Assembly (NCBI GenBank): GCA_013239625.1
Contig: MU054117.1
Location: forward strand, 4,578,677-4,642,676
Direction: 5' to 3'
From: Lama guanicoe
Taxonomy: Eukaryota
Length of the DNA: 64,000 bases
Below, in pieces: positions 22,381 to 54,760 of this stretch. Within the stretch, counting starts at the first letter, position 1. Every line of letters begins with the position of its first letter. Under the pieces are notes generated by a model. The model saw only the letters and a program-made list of their open reading frames with translations. It ran no database searches and was not told the DNA's origin. A program made the position numbers and the translations under genes.

Positions 22381-23886
22381 CAAATGAATGGCAGTAAAAG
22401 ACTCAGGGCTTTGGAATCCGACTCCCTGGGTTCCAGATCAGAATTCTCTACTTTTTAGCTGGGTGGTCTGGGACAGACTCTCGGAGCCTGGGTTCCAGTT
22501 TGCAAAACAGAGAGACCCTATCTCATGCGGTTGCTGTAGGGATTTTTTGAGCCCGGACAGATGGACAAGAATCTGATGCCTCAGTCTTCCTTAGGACCTC
22601 TTCTCTTTTCCCCAGAGTTCTCCACTGACACCCCAAGCTCCCACTTTCTTGGGAACTGACCCCTCCAACCCAAACTTCAGAGTCAGTCCTAACCCTGAAT
22701 GGGGCTATAGCCCATCCAGTCTCTGCCCTGCTGGGCCCCCACCTGCTGATCCTGGCTCTGCCTCCAAACAACGCAGGACCTCCCACAAGACAGACCTTGG
22801 TTATTCAATGAGAGTGAAGGTGATGGCCTACCTTGGTGGGGAAGGTGGTACCACGAGGATTAGTGAGATCACAGCGGTGAGGACGCTGCGGAGTTACCCA
22901 TCTCTCCGGCAGGTATGGCCAGTCTATTCCCCGTGCCCTTTTCCCAAGTATTTGGATACATCAATCCTAGCTGGCCTCGGGGGCAGTTTCCTGCAACCAG
23001 TCCCCCACCCCTGCGTTCACAGATGAGAAAACTGAGGCTGAGGGACAGGCAAGTCATGTTCCCTGCAGAGCCAGCTGAGGCCCTAGATTCCTGGCTTCAG
23101 TCCCATTTTGGTACAACAGATGTTTGCCTCTTTTCCATTCGTCCTTTTCAGTCAGGCCCCACACCTTGACTCTTTGAGTATTTTATGCCACTCCCATCCT
23201 AGCAGGACACTTCCCAAATGAACCCCACAAGGGTACAACATTCACCAGAACATTTTCTGGACACAATGACCTATGCTATAGCCAATCCAGACCTGGGGTC
23301 CTCCAACCGTTGAGGTCCGCTAGAAATGCAGGGGACCAGACAGGAGGTGCCAGGGCTTTGTGACTGTGCATCAGAGCTCCTGGCCCCTTTTCCTCCTGAT
23401 CTATCAGCTGAATCCTCACCCTGGGATCCACCCTACCTGGTCCTCCCTGGTCTCCCTTCTGTGATCCCAGGGGCAGAGCATCTATAGATGTAAGTGGAGC
23501 TTGGATACCCCCACCTCTGGCTGACTTCACTCCAGCCCATCCTCTAGCTTCTGAGGAACAAGATGGTTAAAGCTGAACTCATAGAGGAAGGAGGTCACCT
23601 TCACCAACACCCAGGTAGGCTCCAAGTACAGTAAGAGTGGGCCCAAAGCAAAGCTCTTAAAGAAGCAGGGTCATTGAAGTCAAGTGCAGGAGTCAGATGG
23701 CCCAGTTTCCAGTGTGAAGAGGAGAGCTGCAGCCTCACCTAAAACTGGGAAACAGGCCGGCACCCCTCACAGCACATGCATTGATGAATACTTGCACATA
23801 AAGTGTTTAGCAAGTGTTTGCCTCATACTAAATTCATTCTCCATAAGTGGTAGCAATGTTAATAGTTTGTATTAACAATGAATAAT

Positions 23887-24548
23887 GTTACCATATGATC
23901 CAGCAATCCCACTCCTGGGCGTATATCCAGAGAAAAATATAATTCTGAAAGACACATGCACCCGCAATGTTCACAGCAGCACTATTTACAGTAGTCAAGA
24001 CATGGAAACAACCCAAATGTCCATCGACGGATGACTGGATAAAAAGATGTGAGATATGTATATATATATATGAATATATATATGTGAGTGTATATATATA
24101 TATGAATATGTGTGTGTGTGTGTGTATGAATACTACTTAGCCATAAAAAAGAATAAAACAACACCATTTGCAGCAACATGGATGGACCTGGAGATTGTCA
24201 TTCTAAGTGAAATAAGCCAGAAAGAGAAAGAAAAACGCCTTATGATATCGATTAAATGTGGAATCTTAAAAAAAAGGACACAAATGAACTTACCTACAAA
24301 ACAGAAAAAGACTCACAGGTGTAGAGAACAAACTTATGGTTACCAGGGATTAAAAGCGGTAGGAAAGGATAAATTGGGAATTCGGAAATTGCACCTCTTG
24401 GGGAGTGAAGGAAATGTTACCTATCTTGATTGTGATGGTGGTTTCATGGGTGTAGACATCTATCAAAATTCATCAAATTGTACATTTGAAATATGTGTAC
24501 TTTACTGTACAGGAATCATACCACAATAAAGGTTTTTTAAAAAAAAAC
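23887..24548 (+). mobile_element. L1 3' fragment(s) with an embedded (TA)n/(TG)n microsatellite
   Basis: End of ORF2 (ccatatgatccagcaatcccactcctggg; PFAATWMDLEIVILSEISQ), 3'UTR, aataaa and A tail; microsatellite at about 24053-24126. Confidence 0.85.
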
Positions 24549-26669
24549 AATAACAACTTCAGTGTCCTACTTTTAAGGTTACAAGGAATTTTTAACAGTC
24601 TGCGCCAACAGCCAAGGCCATGACACATAGCTCAGCACAAAAGAATTGCTTTCAGTGTTTAGGATAAATGCCTACTTATTCAGCAAGTTTAAAGTCTTCA
24701 GAAATGTGGTATTAGGCTGTTGAATAAAATTCTGTTTAAAAGAAGATAGTGAGAGGTGGGTGGATCCAGTTATATGGACAGCTAACCAGTTTCTCGGAGG
24801 ATATGAGAGTATGACCGTAATCCCTCCAGGGGAAGAAGAAATGATGGTGATGGAGACACAGAGAGACACCGGAATAGGAGTGGGGCAAACTAGAGGATGA
24901 CAGAATTGGCCATTAGGGCTTGTGGAGAAAAGGATGCTCCAGAGAAAAGAGCTTCAGATGGCAGAGGGCACCCTCCATCACGTGTCTCTCTCACACACCC
25001 CCCACAGCAGCACAGAGTCATCGAAAGGGCACTGGACTCTCAGTCGGGATGACGTGGGTTCTAGCCCCAGCCCTGCCATTCCAACTCCATGTGTCACAGG
25101 GAGACAGGCTGGGTCCCTGGAAACCTGGCTTCCTGGCTGGTCCTGGAGGAGTCGTGAACTTGTGCAAGGCACTTGGCCGTATAAGCCCGATAAGGAAAAT
25201 GAGACACCATGACCTCTCTCCTCTAACTCTGATTAGCCTGCGACAGAGAGACTAGGGGCTCTCAGCAGCACCGCTCCTGGGTGTGCCCCCTGTGGGTAAC
25301 TGCCTGCGTGATGCGCCTGTGCTGACGCCTGCCGCTTTCAACAAACACTCTAGAAAAATGCCTGCCCCCTAACGCTGGCACCTGCCCTCATCTACTCCCT
25401 CCTCCCCCGAATTGGCACTCGTTTGCTTTTAAAATTCACTTTATCTTGAATCATGTAATGTATTAATATAAAAATGAATAATAGAATAAATAAGTTTTAA
25501 TTTAACTTGTGGTGCCTTGCATAACGATCAGAAGGCTTGTGTGTTTGTGTGTTGATGGAGGAAATAAACTATTTTTAACATGTCGATGAGGGATGGAGGA
25601 GAGAAGGAAACATCTCAGGGTGGAAATACTTCAGGCCAGGAGATACTCCAATTTGGGCTGGGGGAGGCGGGGCAAGGAAGGGCGGCAGGAAGGATTGCTG
25701 TCATCCTCAGTGGCTTCTGTTTTGTCCAGCAGGTCCTGCCCACCCAGCCAGGGCAGAGGGAGTTGGGGCGGGGCAGAGCAGGGTGGAGGCTACGCTGTGG
25801 CAAAGAGCCACCAGGACAGGCTGAACCTGAGGGCTCTGACGGAGGGAACTCTTGTGACACCACCGTTTTCCCCGCATCAGCTTGAGTCTGGGAAAGGGAA
25901 GTCAGGCATCATCACGTCAGTTCCTCATCACAACCTTTTCTACCTTCCCGCTCCTGCCATCATCTCCCGCTCTGTCTCAAAATTCAGTTGGCTCCTCAGG
26001 ACAGGGAGATTATATTAAGTATATAATATCAATAAATATAATTATATCTATATCAGTTATTTCATATACAATTACATCAATACATATAATTATAATTGAG
26101 TAAGACAAGGCAGCAGGGGAAAGGCCCCAAAGAGGACGAGGAAAGGTAAATTCTGGATTCCAGGTCAGATGCTGGAATCAGGAAAAGAACCAGGCGTTTG
26201 GAAGCCAGGGTGCCGCTCGGGCATCCCCCAATTTCTCCTTTGGTAAAAGCTAGAGGATTCCTGACGCTGCTCTGTGATGATGCCAGAATGAGCTTTGAGT
26301 TTCCTGGAGGAGCCGGCCTGAGTCTCCCCTCCTCCACCACTACCGGGCAGTGGAGGACATTCCGCTGCAGCTGGGTGGTGGGTGGTACTCGGCAAACAGA
26401 GAGAAGGGTCACAGATGGTGGTGAGAGAAGAGCTGGGAAGGAAAGGTGGCTCAGGCAGTGGACGGGGGCACAGCAGGTCTCCTGAGCGGAGGGCACCATG
26501 TCTTCATTTGCCCCCTGGACATGGTGCTGGGCCCTTAGTGCATGCTCAGCAACACCGACTGTCCCCTCCCCCACCCAGGATCTCCCAGGCACTTGGGCCA
26601 TGACCCAGGACTTGCATCCATTCACTGCCCCCTGTATGGTACCCCCATCCAGCTCTCCAGACATTCTTT

Positions 26670-26834
26670 TTTTTTTTTAGTATTTTTAAAATAATTTATT
26701 TATTGTTGTATTTATTTTATTTTGGTAGCAGGGAAGGTAATTAGGTTTATTTTTAGAGGAGGTACTGGGAACTGACCCCAGGACCTCGTGCATGCTAAGC
26801 ATGCACTCTACCACTTAAGCTATACCCTTCCCCT
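26670..26834 (-). mobile_element. tRNA-derived SINE (Vic-1-like, long form)
   Basis: A and B boxes, AT-rich body and poly(A) on minus; 12-bp TSD cagacattcttt at 26658-69 and 26835-46. Confidence 0.9.
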
Positions 26835-26857
26835 CAGACATTCTTTATGCAACAACA

Positions 26858-26889
26858 TTTATTGAGTTCTTTATGCAACAGCATTTATT
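26858..26889 (-). terminator. SCNN1A poly(A) signals (two AATAAA)
   Basis: TTTATT on + at 26858-63 and 26884-89, about 1 kb past the stop codon, in an L2-like 3' end. Confidence 0.7.
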
Positions 26890-27894
26890 AAGTACCTGCC
26901 TACTTGCTCTAAATGGAACACTGGACTAGGCCCTGAGGATACACAGATGACCAAAGGTCCATTTCTGACCACACAAGCTCACAGTCTAGCTGAGGAGGAA
27001 GACATAAAGGAACAAGAAAGTAAAACGTGACATCAGCATTTCCAAAGATGTTATGGTGTGCCACGGGAGTCCAGGGGAGAGGGAGGTGATCAATCCTGGG
27101 GAAGACAAGATGGGGCAGAAGCCTTGACAGAAGTCTTGATGTCTGAGCAGGGTTCTAAGGGATACAGAGTTCTCCAGTAGATGGTGGGGGAAGCTTCCAG
27201 GCTAAGGAAATAGCTTGAGCAAATAAGCAGAGTTACAAAGGACAGGATGCAGGGCAGAGATGCTGGGGTGTGGCTCCATGGGGGCACCCGGTAGATGAGG
27301 CTGGAAGAATCCTGAAGCCGACTGGGAGTGGTCAAGTCTTTACTACACAGGGCTGCTCCAGACTCCACCCTGGGGAGTCAGGGAAGGGGAATTGTCTAAG
27401 AACTAACCAAGGGAGCTTTTGGTGGGGCTTCCCACCCAAGTTCAAAAAGAGGAGCAAATGTCTTTGTCACTGGAAAGCAGCATGGAGGGCCACTCTGGGG
27501 CTGAATCCAGCTATCTTTGGGGAGGAAACCAAACCTGCCTCTGTGTGCCCTTGTTTGTGTTTTGTGGTCATTTGTTTCCTAGGAAAGTTCTTTGTAAAAG
27601 CTCCAAGCTCGGCTTGGCTGATTCAAGGGAAAAGAAGCCTCGTCTGTGCCTGGTGGGCACACCAGAGTTTCTCGAGGCATGGCTGGGCATACACGGCAGG
27701 AGCCAGAGCGCTACTGGGCAGCTTCCTCAGCCCCTGCTCTCTGGACCTTTCCAGAGTTCCTTCTCCATCCTGCCCCCTCCCCCAACAACACGCCTCCCAG
27801 AAGGCGCTGGGCAGCTCTGAGAGGAAGCCCCAGACATTCTTCAGTCCTGCCGAGGGAAGTGCCTGCCCTGAGGGGCAGACACTGCCCCTTCCTC

Positions 27895-48013
<20,119 letters not shown>

Positions 48014-48374
48014 TCAGTCTTTCTTCCCTCTTCTTCCTCAGGGATCTCTGTGTCTTAGTTCCTCTCTCTCCGTCTCTGTCTGACTTCTCCTTCTCTGTGG
48101 GTCTCTCTCAGCTGTCTTCCTCCTTGCCTGTCTCCTCTCCGTGTGCCAGGCTCTCTGGTCCTGCCTCTCTTCATCTGCCTCCCCACCTTGCCCCCTCTCT
48201 CCTCCAGTCTCTAGCCCTGACCCAGGGCTGTGTCCTGACTCCCTCTCTGTCCCAGGGACTGCCGAGCTCGGAGAGGTCTGGGCTGCCTCCTGCTACCCGC
48301 TCTCAGGTTGTGGCTGGACTGAGACTGGTTCCTTTCCAGTTGAATCTGGCAGCCCAGCCTCTCCTCCCCCTCAC

Positions 48375-48620
48375 CTGACAGGTGCAGTGGCGGAGCCCGC
48401 CCGCCGGCCGGCCGGGGATGGAAGTGACAGAAGTCTCATTAGCATCTCAATTAAAGGTGAGCGGGGCAGGCAGGGGGAGGGGCAGAGGCGGAGTCAGAGC
48501 TGAGAGCTCACCAGAGGGAGGAGGGCTCCTGAGGGCAGGTGACCGGGAGCACGAGCACTGGGGAAGGAGAGAGGGGGCAGAAGAAGAGTCAGGGCCTGGG
48601 CAGTGACGGGGACCTGGCAG
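48375..48620 (-). other. SCNN1A: SCNN1A non-coding exon 1A (5' end approximate)
   Basis: Minus-strand donor CAG|gtgagg after 48375; cctttaattgagatgctaatgaga..gcacctgtcag resembles the human SCNN1A 5'UTR as I recall it. Confidence 0.7.
48418..48456 (+). CDS. LTBR: Putative alternative first coding exon of LTBR (MEVTEVSLASQLK)
   Basis: Strong Kozak gggATGG, 13 codons, AAG|gtgagc phase-0 donor in frame with LTBR exon 2 at 56896; resembles the N-terminus of a human LTBR isoform (MEATGISLASQLK) as I recall it. Confidence 0.6.
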
Positions 48621-49193
48621 GCCCGGAGACCAGGAGATGGAATGGCAGGCGAGGGCCAGAGGTCTTGGACCAGGAGAAGGGTCCTAAAGACAGAGCCAGG
48701 AGGGCAAAGCTAGGGAAAAGGACAAGCAGGATGCGTAAGACTAAGGCGGGGGGACCAGAAGAACAGGGGAGACAGGAAAAGGGAGATGGATAGAGGAGGA
48801 CAGGGTGAAGGACCAGGAGGGAAGGATGGAGGAGGGGCAGAGAGAGGAGGATGAGGAGGAGAGAGCCAGCCCAAAAGGGAGTCCCCTCTTCCAGGCAGAA
48901 GAGCAGGGACTCCCTAAGCGGGCTTCCAGGAGTCAGGTTCCTCCCTGGGGAACCCCTCTGTGGGAGCGCCCAGGTCAGCCTCGTCCCCAGGTCTTGGAGA
49001 GGAAGGAGAAGCGGTATCTGCAAGTTTCCTCCCCACTCGCTGAAGTGGGAGCACCTCCCTGTCCCAGAGCCCCCTCCACCTCTCCTAGCTGGTCCATCCT
49101 CTTCCCTCATGACTCCTCACCACCCCCTCAACCTTGGCCAGCCCAGGGAGCCAGGGAGGGGCCCAGGTGGAGCTGGGGGCTGGGCGGGGCCCT

Positions 49194-49208
49194 AGGACAT
49201 TGTGTTCT
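49194..49208 (-). promoter_or_regulatory. Glucocorticoid/mineralocorticoid response element upstream of SCNN1A
   Basis: AGAACAcaaTGTCCT on minus, one mismatch from the AGAACAnnnTGTTCT consensus; GC box at 49182-87; a functional GRE upstream of SCNN1A is established in human and rodents. Confidence 0.85.
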
Positions 49209-52118
49209 TTTTCACACCACTGGCTGCCAGGCCAGGAATGTGTAATGTCCCCTGTTGTGGTCACGGGGTTGCAGGAATGTGTGCGCTGAGGGAGGCAGCG
49301 CAGGAGCCAGGCAGGGCTCTTGGGCAGAGCCCCGGAGCCCAGGGAGGATCAGGGACAGCGGGCACTGAGGAGGCAGGGAGGGATGTGGACCGCGCTGGGG
49401 GATTAGGAGGAAGAGGCTGGCCCGGCCCAAGTCTATATCAGCCCTGAGAGGAAGGAAAAGTGTTTCTCCTCCAAAATCTCTGTCCCAAACAATCCAGCAA
49501 AATAATAAAGGGTGAAGTAGCAGGCAGTGAAGGGGGAAGGGTCAGAAATTCAGGCCCCCAAAGAGGGTCCACGAGGCACAGAGACCCAAGCACACAGCTC
49601 AGGCAAAAGGTCTGCCACTGTGGCCTCGCAAGTTCCCTGGCTTCTCTCACCTCCTGGAGGAACAGGCCTGGGATGTGCGAACTCGGGCCCAGCCTGAGCA
49701 CCGATGTAGCCAGATGGGAGAGGACATGCCTGCGATATCATGATGTCATAAGACGAGGATCTTAGTGACAGAGGTGGGAACCAGGTGCTCAGGGAGCCTG
49801 GGGAGAGGGAAGCAGGGAGAGGTACTCACCCCAGGAGACTCTGGAAGACTTCCCAGAGAAGGCAGCATCTCAGCGGGGTCTTGAGAAACAGCATAAGCTT
49901 AGGGTACAGCCCCATCTGTGGCTTCCTCTCTGGGCAGGCCGTCCCCTGTGGCCTCTTAAAGGGAGAGCTGCTGTCTCCCAGGATTCCAAACCTGTCCCGT
50001 TGCCTCCCTGCCATGTGCTGGGGACATCTCCCCTCAGAAGGGGAAGGCTGACTTTTTCTTCATTTTCCATACAAAGAAACTGCCCTCTGCAAAGATAAGC
50101 CAGTTTTCTGTGGACCCAAAGCCAAACAGCAGCAGAGTGAAGAACAGAAGCAGAAATCTTCCTGGGGGCAGGGGAGGGGGGCTTTGTCGGCTTAGGGCTT
50201 TCCTCGTACCTCCTGAGACAGGCCAGCCACAGACTCACAGGGACCTGGGGCTCCCCTGCACCTGGTTTTGAAAGCCAGGGCGGTTTACACACTTGCACAC
50301 AAAGTCCACAGGTTCACCAGCCATCTGGGTCCTGGATTATCTCTCATGCTCTGTGAGAAATCCTCTCCACGGTCTCCACCTTCCCAAGGGACATCCTATC
50401 TATAGATGGGGTACTGCCTGTCCCATCTTAGAGGACCAGAGAGGAACCTCCCTGCCTTTTCTATTTTCTGGCTGGTGCCTGAAATCCAACCACTGGCTCA
50501 AGGCTGCACAGCAGGCAGTTTTCCTCTCAAAGGCTGTGTGAGCAGGGTGGCGAGGCCTGGGCTGGGCTGAGCCCAGAGAGCCGTGTCCCCAGAGCACCTG
50601 CCAGGGTGCGGCAGCTTAGAGACAGCAGCATTCCAGATCTGGAACGGGCCAGAGCAAGCTTGTTGTTGTGAGAAAAATAGAAATCTGAGCCCTGCACTTG
50701 TGTCATAGTGCCATTAGAAATATTACCTTTAAGGTGCAGAAAAAATAAATACCTGCACACATTTGTGTCCCAACACAATTTTCCAACACCGCAGCAGTTT
50801 ACAGAACAATAAAAGCCTCCTTTGGTCCCTGTCCTTTCCCACCCCTCGGCCTAGGGGTCATTTGTGTCCGCCTGTGTCTTTTTTGTGTGTGCTTTATAGA
50901 CCCACGTGTATTTTTTTTAAAACAAAATATATAGGTTTTTTTTTTAAATAAATGGGACCATGTTATAGGCATTATTCTGTGACTTCCATTTTGGCCTTTA
51001 AACTATGTGATTTTGAAAAGGACACTTTACCTCTCTGGGTCCCGGGGGTGGGGGATGTCAGGCAGCCCAGTTGGCCACAAAGGCCCTTTCCAACTAGCTC
51101 TGCCTCTAGCCCCTTGCTTAACACATGAAGAAACTGAGGCTCCAAGAAGGAAATTGACTTGCCCACATCACCCAGGAGTTAGGTGGGGAGGGTCAGACTG
51201 AGAGCTGAGCATCCCCTTTCCAAGCTCAGTGCGGCTCCCCTGACTTCCAGAGTAGAGTCCTGTTCTGTAGGGAACCCGGGCCTTGTAGACTTTGTCTTGG
51301 AAGCTCCCCTGGCCTCTCGCAGAGCCCCAGTCCTTCCGTCCCCTCCCAGTGCCAGCCAACCCCTAACCCTGTGGTTTGGCCCTAAAATGTGCAAAAGCTA
51401 CAGGGAGAGAGGTGAGACTGGAGGGTCTGCTGCGGGAGGAGGGGCTTCCTGTCCTTTCCTCCCCTGGGGACAGGAGAGGATGGAAATGGTCACTCCCCCC
51501 TCCCCCCACCCCAGCTCCAGGAGAGAGCCTTGTTTAGAACTCACCACAGCACTCACCGCCGGATGTTCATACCCCAGTGTGTGCACATGTGTATGTGTGT
51601 GTTTCCGCACACACGGTTCATATTATGAGGACAGGCACTAGGCTTACTTGCCAGGTGGCCCCAGTGTCTAGTGGCCACTATCTGTTGACTCCCCTTTGCA
51701 GAAGACAACAGAATTAGCATCTTGAGTAAGACCCAAGGTGTTCTTTGATGGAGAGTGATGTGCTATCCTCAAAACATCCAACATCCTAATGTCCTCTGAT
51801 AACCTATTAATTTGTGGTTTATTAATTTATCTAAATTTCCTTCACTTTTTCATTTCAGTTTCAAGACTTTCTAGGGTAAAACTGAGTCACTCAATTAAAT
51901 GTAACTCTGTATTCTTGCTGCTTAGAGCTAATTAGCCTCTCCACACTGGGCTCCCCACTGTGGAATACAGTGATCCTTTTACCTGCATTTATATGGTATG
52001 AATTTCTCTTTAATCTAACATGATGCTCCAGAAAACCCTTCCCTGTCACTCTTAGTCCAGTCACCTGGCAGGGTGCCTAGACATTCACCATTAGAAGTTT
52101 ATTCCTTTGGGTTGAGTC

Positions 52119-52458
52119 CAGATTTCTCAACCTTGGCACTATTGACATTTGGATAATTCTTCGTTGTAAGGGTTATCCTGTGTGTTGTAGGATGTTTAAC
52201 AGCATCTCTGGCCTCGACCTACTAGATGCCAATAGCACCCCCTGAATTGTGACACTCAAAACTTCCTCCAGGGGGAGGGTACAGCTCAGTGGTAGAACAC
52301 ATGCTCAGCATGCAGGAGGTCCTGGGTTCAATCCCCAATATCTCCTCTTATTTAAATAAATAAGCCTAATTACCTGCCTCCCTGGCCAAAAAAAACATTC
52401 CTCCAAATATTGCCAAATGTCTTTTGAGGGACAAAGTCACCCCTGATGAGAACCACTG
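52119..52458 (-). mobile_element. MER20 (hAT-Charlie) interrupted by a SINE
   Basis: Ends cagatttctcaacc / tgagaaccactg; internal ggcactattgacattt..gtaggatgtttaacagcatc..tagatgcca..gccaaatgtc. Confidence 0.85.
52271..52391 (+). mobile_element. tRNA-derived SINE (Vic-1-like) nested in MER20
   Basis: A and B boxes intact; TSD aaaacttcctcca / aaaacattcctcca. Confidence 0.88.
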
Positions 52459-52909
52459 GGCTAAGGGAGTGTCCCCAGTGCAAATGCTCTGGAGAAAGAT
52501 GACCTCATCAATTATACATTTCTCAGCATTTGCCAGACCCGCTCCAAGCGCAGCAGTTGGCTAAGAGCCCTGTGGGGAAGAGGGGAGAAAGAACAGTAGT
52601 TAGAAGAACCCGCTCCCACCAACCCCTTTTTGGATTCCCCGTGGGCCTCCGGGAGGAAGCACCTCGTGGCAACCGCCTCTGGAGGGGCCCGGAGAAGGGC
52701 CTCCCTCCCACACACGCTGGGCGTCTCCGCGGCACTCTGTCCCCGTCTGGTGTTGCCCGGTGGAAATCAGCAAATCCTCAAGGAGCTGGTAACGAACACA
52801 GAGGGAAGAATCGGAGACAATGCCTGCCCGTGAAGGGTTCACAGACCCCTCACCTCCTCATCCTCCTGGAGAATGTTGGGCAGACATAATAACCATTTAT
52901 TAATAAGAT

Positions 52910-53430
52910 TTGTCTGTCATGGTCCAGAAACAAGAAACAGTCTTAAGTCTTTCAAGTGGAGGAAATTTAACACAAGAAATCAGTACATGGTTGATGGAAG
53001 AGCTGAGAAGCCAACAGGGGAAAGCAAGGCAGCCCCGAAAAGAGCACAGCAGGAAGCAGCTACAAATCCAGGCTGGAAGGAGCACCTTACAAATGCATCA
53101 TCACAGACTCAGAAACCTCCAGAGCTATTTGACCGGAACGAAATAGTAAGGGCTGCCTGGTAGGAGATGGGACTGTGGAAGGAGAAAAGGAGGAAGCACA
53201 GCTGACACAGCCAACTGCAGGCAAGGTCTGAGAGCAAAGAGAGGCGGAGAAAAAGCCTGGCTTCTTCCCTCTTCCCACCTACCTGTCCTCTACCCACCTG
53301 TCTTCCTATTGGCTGAAACTGTGGGAAAGCCAGAGGGAAAAGGGCTCTGGGAAATGTAGTTCCCAGTAGCGATGCAGAACAGAGCCGGGGAAAGGTGGAA
53401 AACAGATCAGATCAGCAAGCAAACCAGCAG
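52910..53430. mobile_element. Old ERVL-type solo LTR (LTR33-like)
   Basis: ggaaatttaa..gatggaagagctgagaagccaacaggg..ttggctgaa..aagccagaggg..gggaaatgtagt motifs; family assignment from memory. Confidence 0.45.
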
Positions 53431-53669
53431 TTGATTTGGCACAAAAAAAGAGGCCCAGAGAGGTGAAGTGATGGGGTCAGGATTAAAGTCCAGATCTTAG
53501 GGCTCTTTCTGTAGGACCCAGAGAGTCCTTGAAGGCTGAAGGGACAGCATGACGTTGGCAGCAGAAAAAAGGCTGTGGTTCAGCCAGCTAGGAATTGAAA
53601 AGGATCGAAATGGTGCCCACCTGTGAAGCAGGGAGCTTTGCCTGGAAAGGGCGTGCAGGAACATTCTGG

Positions 53670-54760
53670 GGTGCAGGAAGTGTTCTGGAGAGATACACTG
53701 GAATATACAAAAGCGAAAGTTCATTGACCTGTATACATAAGATTAATGTGCTTTAAACAGTTCACTGTTTATATGTTATACATCAATTAAAAGAAGAAGA
53801 TCCCTTCTTCCCTGTCTTTGAGTAAAATCTTGAAATATTCTCTGGTAAAATGACGTATGTTCGGAATTTCCTTCAAAATAATTGAGAGGAGGTTAGAAGA
53901 GAGGTGGAGGGTTTTATGGAAGAAGTAAGACCCACCTGAGTTGAAGCTGGGAGTTCACAGTACTGTTTTCTCCTCTTCTGTGTATGTATTATATGTGAAT
54001 TTCCATAATAAAAAGAAAAAAAGAGACCTAAATAGACATTTTTCCAAAGAAGACATACAGGTGGTCAACAGGCACATGAAAAGATGTTCCACATCGCTAA
54101 TTATCAGAGAAATGCAAATCAAAACCACAGTGAGGTGTCACCTCACACCTGTCAGGATGCCATTATCAAAAAGTCTACAAATAATAATACACTGTTGGTG
54201 GGAATGTAGTTTGGTGCAGCCATTATTGAAAAAGTTATGGAGATTCCTTAAAAAACTAAAAATAGAGCTACCATATGATCCAGAATCCCACTCCTGGCTA
54301 TATGACCAGAAAACACAAAAACATACATGCACCCCAATGTTCATAGCAGCACTATTTACAATATCCAAGACATGGAAACAGCCCAAGTGCCCATCAACAG
54401 ATGACTGGTTTAAGAAGACGTGGTGTATGTATATTTATATATATACATGAATATTACTTAGCCATAAAAAGAATGAAACATTGCCATTTGCAGCAACATG
54501 GGTGGGCATAGAGAGTATCATACTAAGTGAAGTAACTCAGACAGAGAAAGACAAATAATATAAGTGGAATCTAAAAAATAATACATAAAATAGATAAGCA
54601 ACAAGGATTTACTGTATAGGACTGGGAATGATATTTAATATCTTATAATAACCTATAATTGAAAATAACCTGAAAAAATATATATACAACTGGATAACTT
54701 TGCCATACACCGGAAACTAATACAATATTGTAAATCAAATAAATTTCAATTAAAAAATTT
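53670..54760 (+). mobile_element. L1 fragments: old 3'UTR piece, then a younger 5'-truncated L1 (about 54015-54760)
   Basis: ORF 53941..54450 carries the ORF2 C-terminus ([51 protein letters not shown]) with internal deletions; 3'UTR and A tail follow. Confidence 0.88.

Noticed and set aside
53941..54450. 169-aa ORF with clear protein similarity
   Set aside because: It is the C-terminal remnant of L1 ORF2 with internal deletions and no EN or RT domain, so neither a host gene nor an active element.
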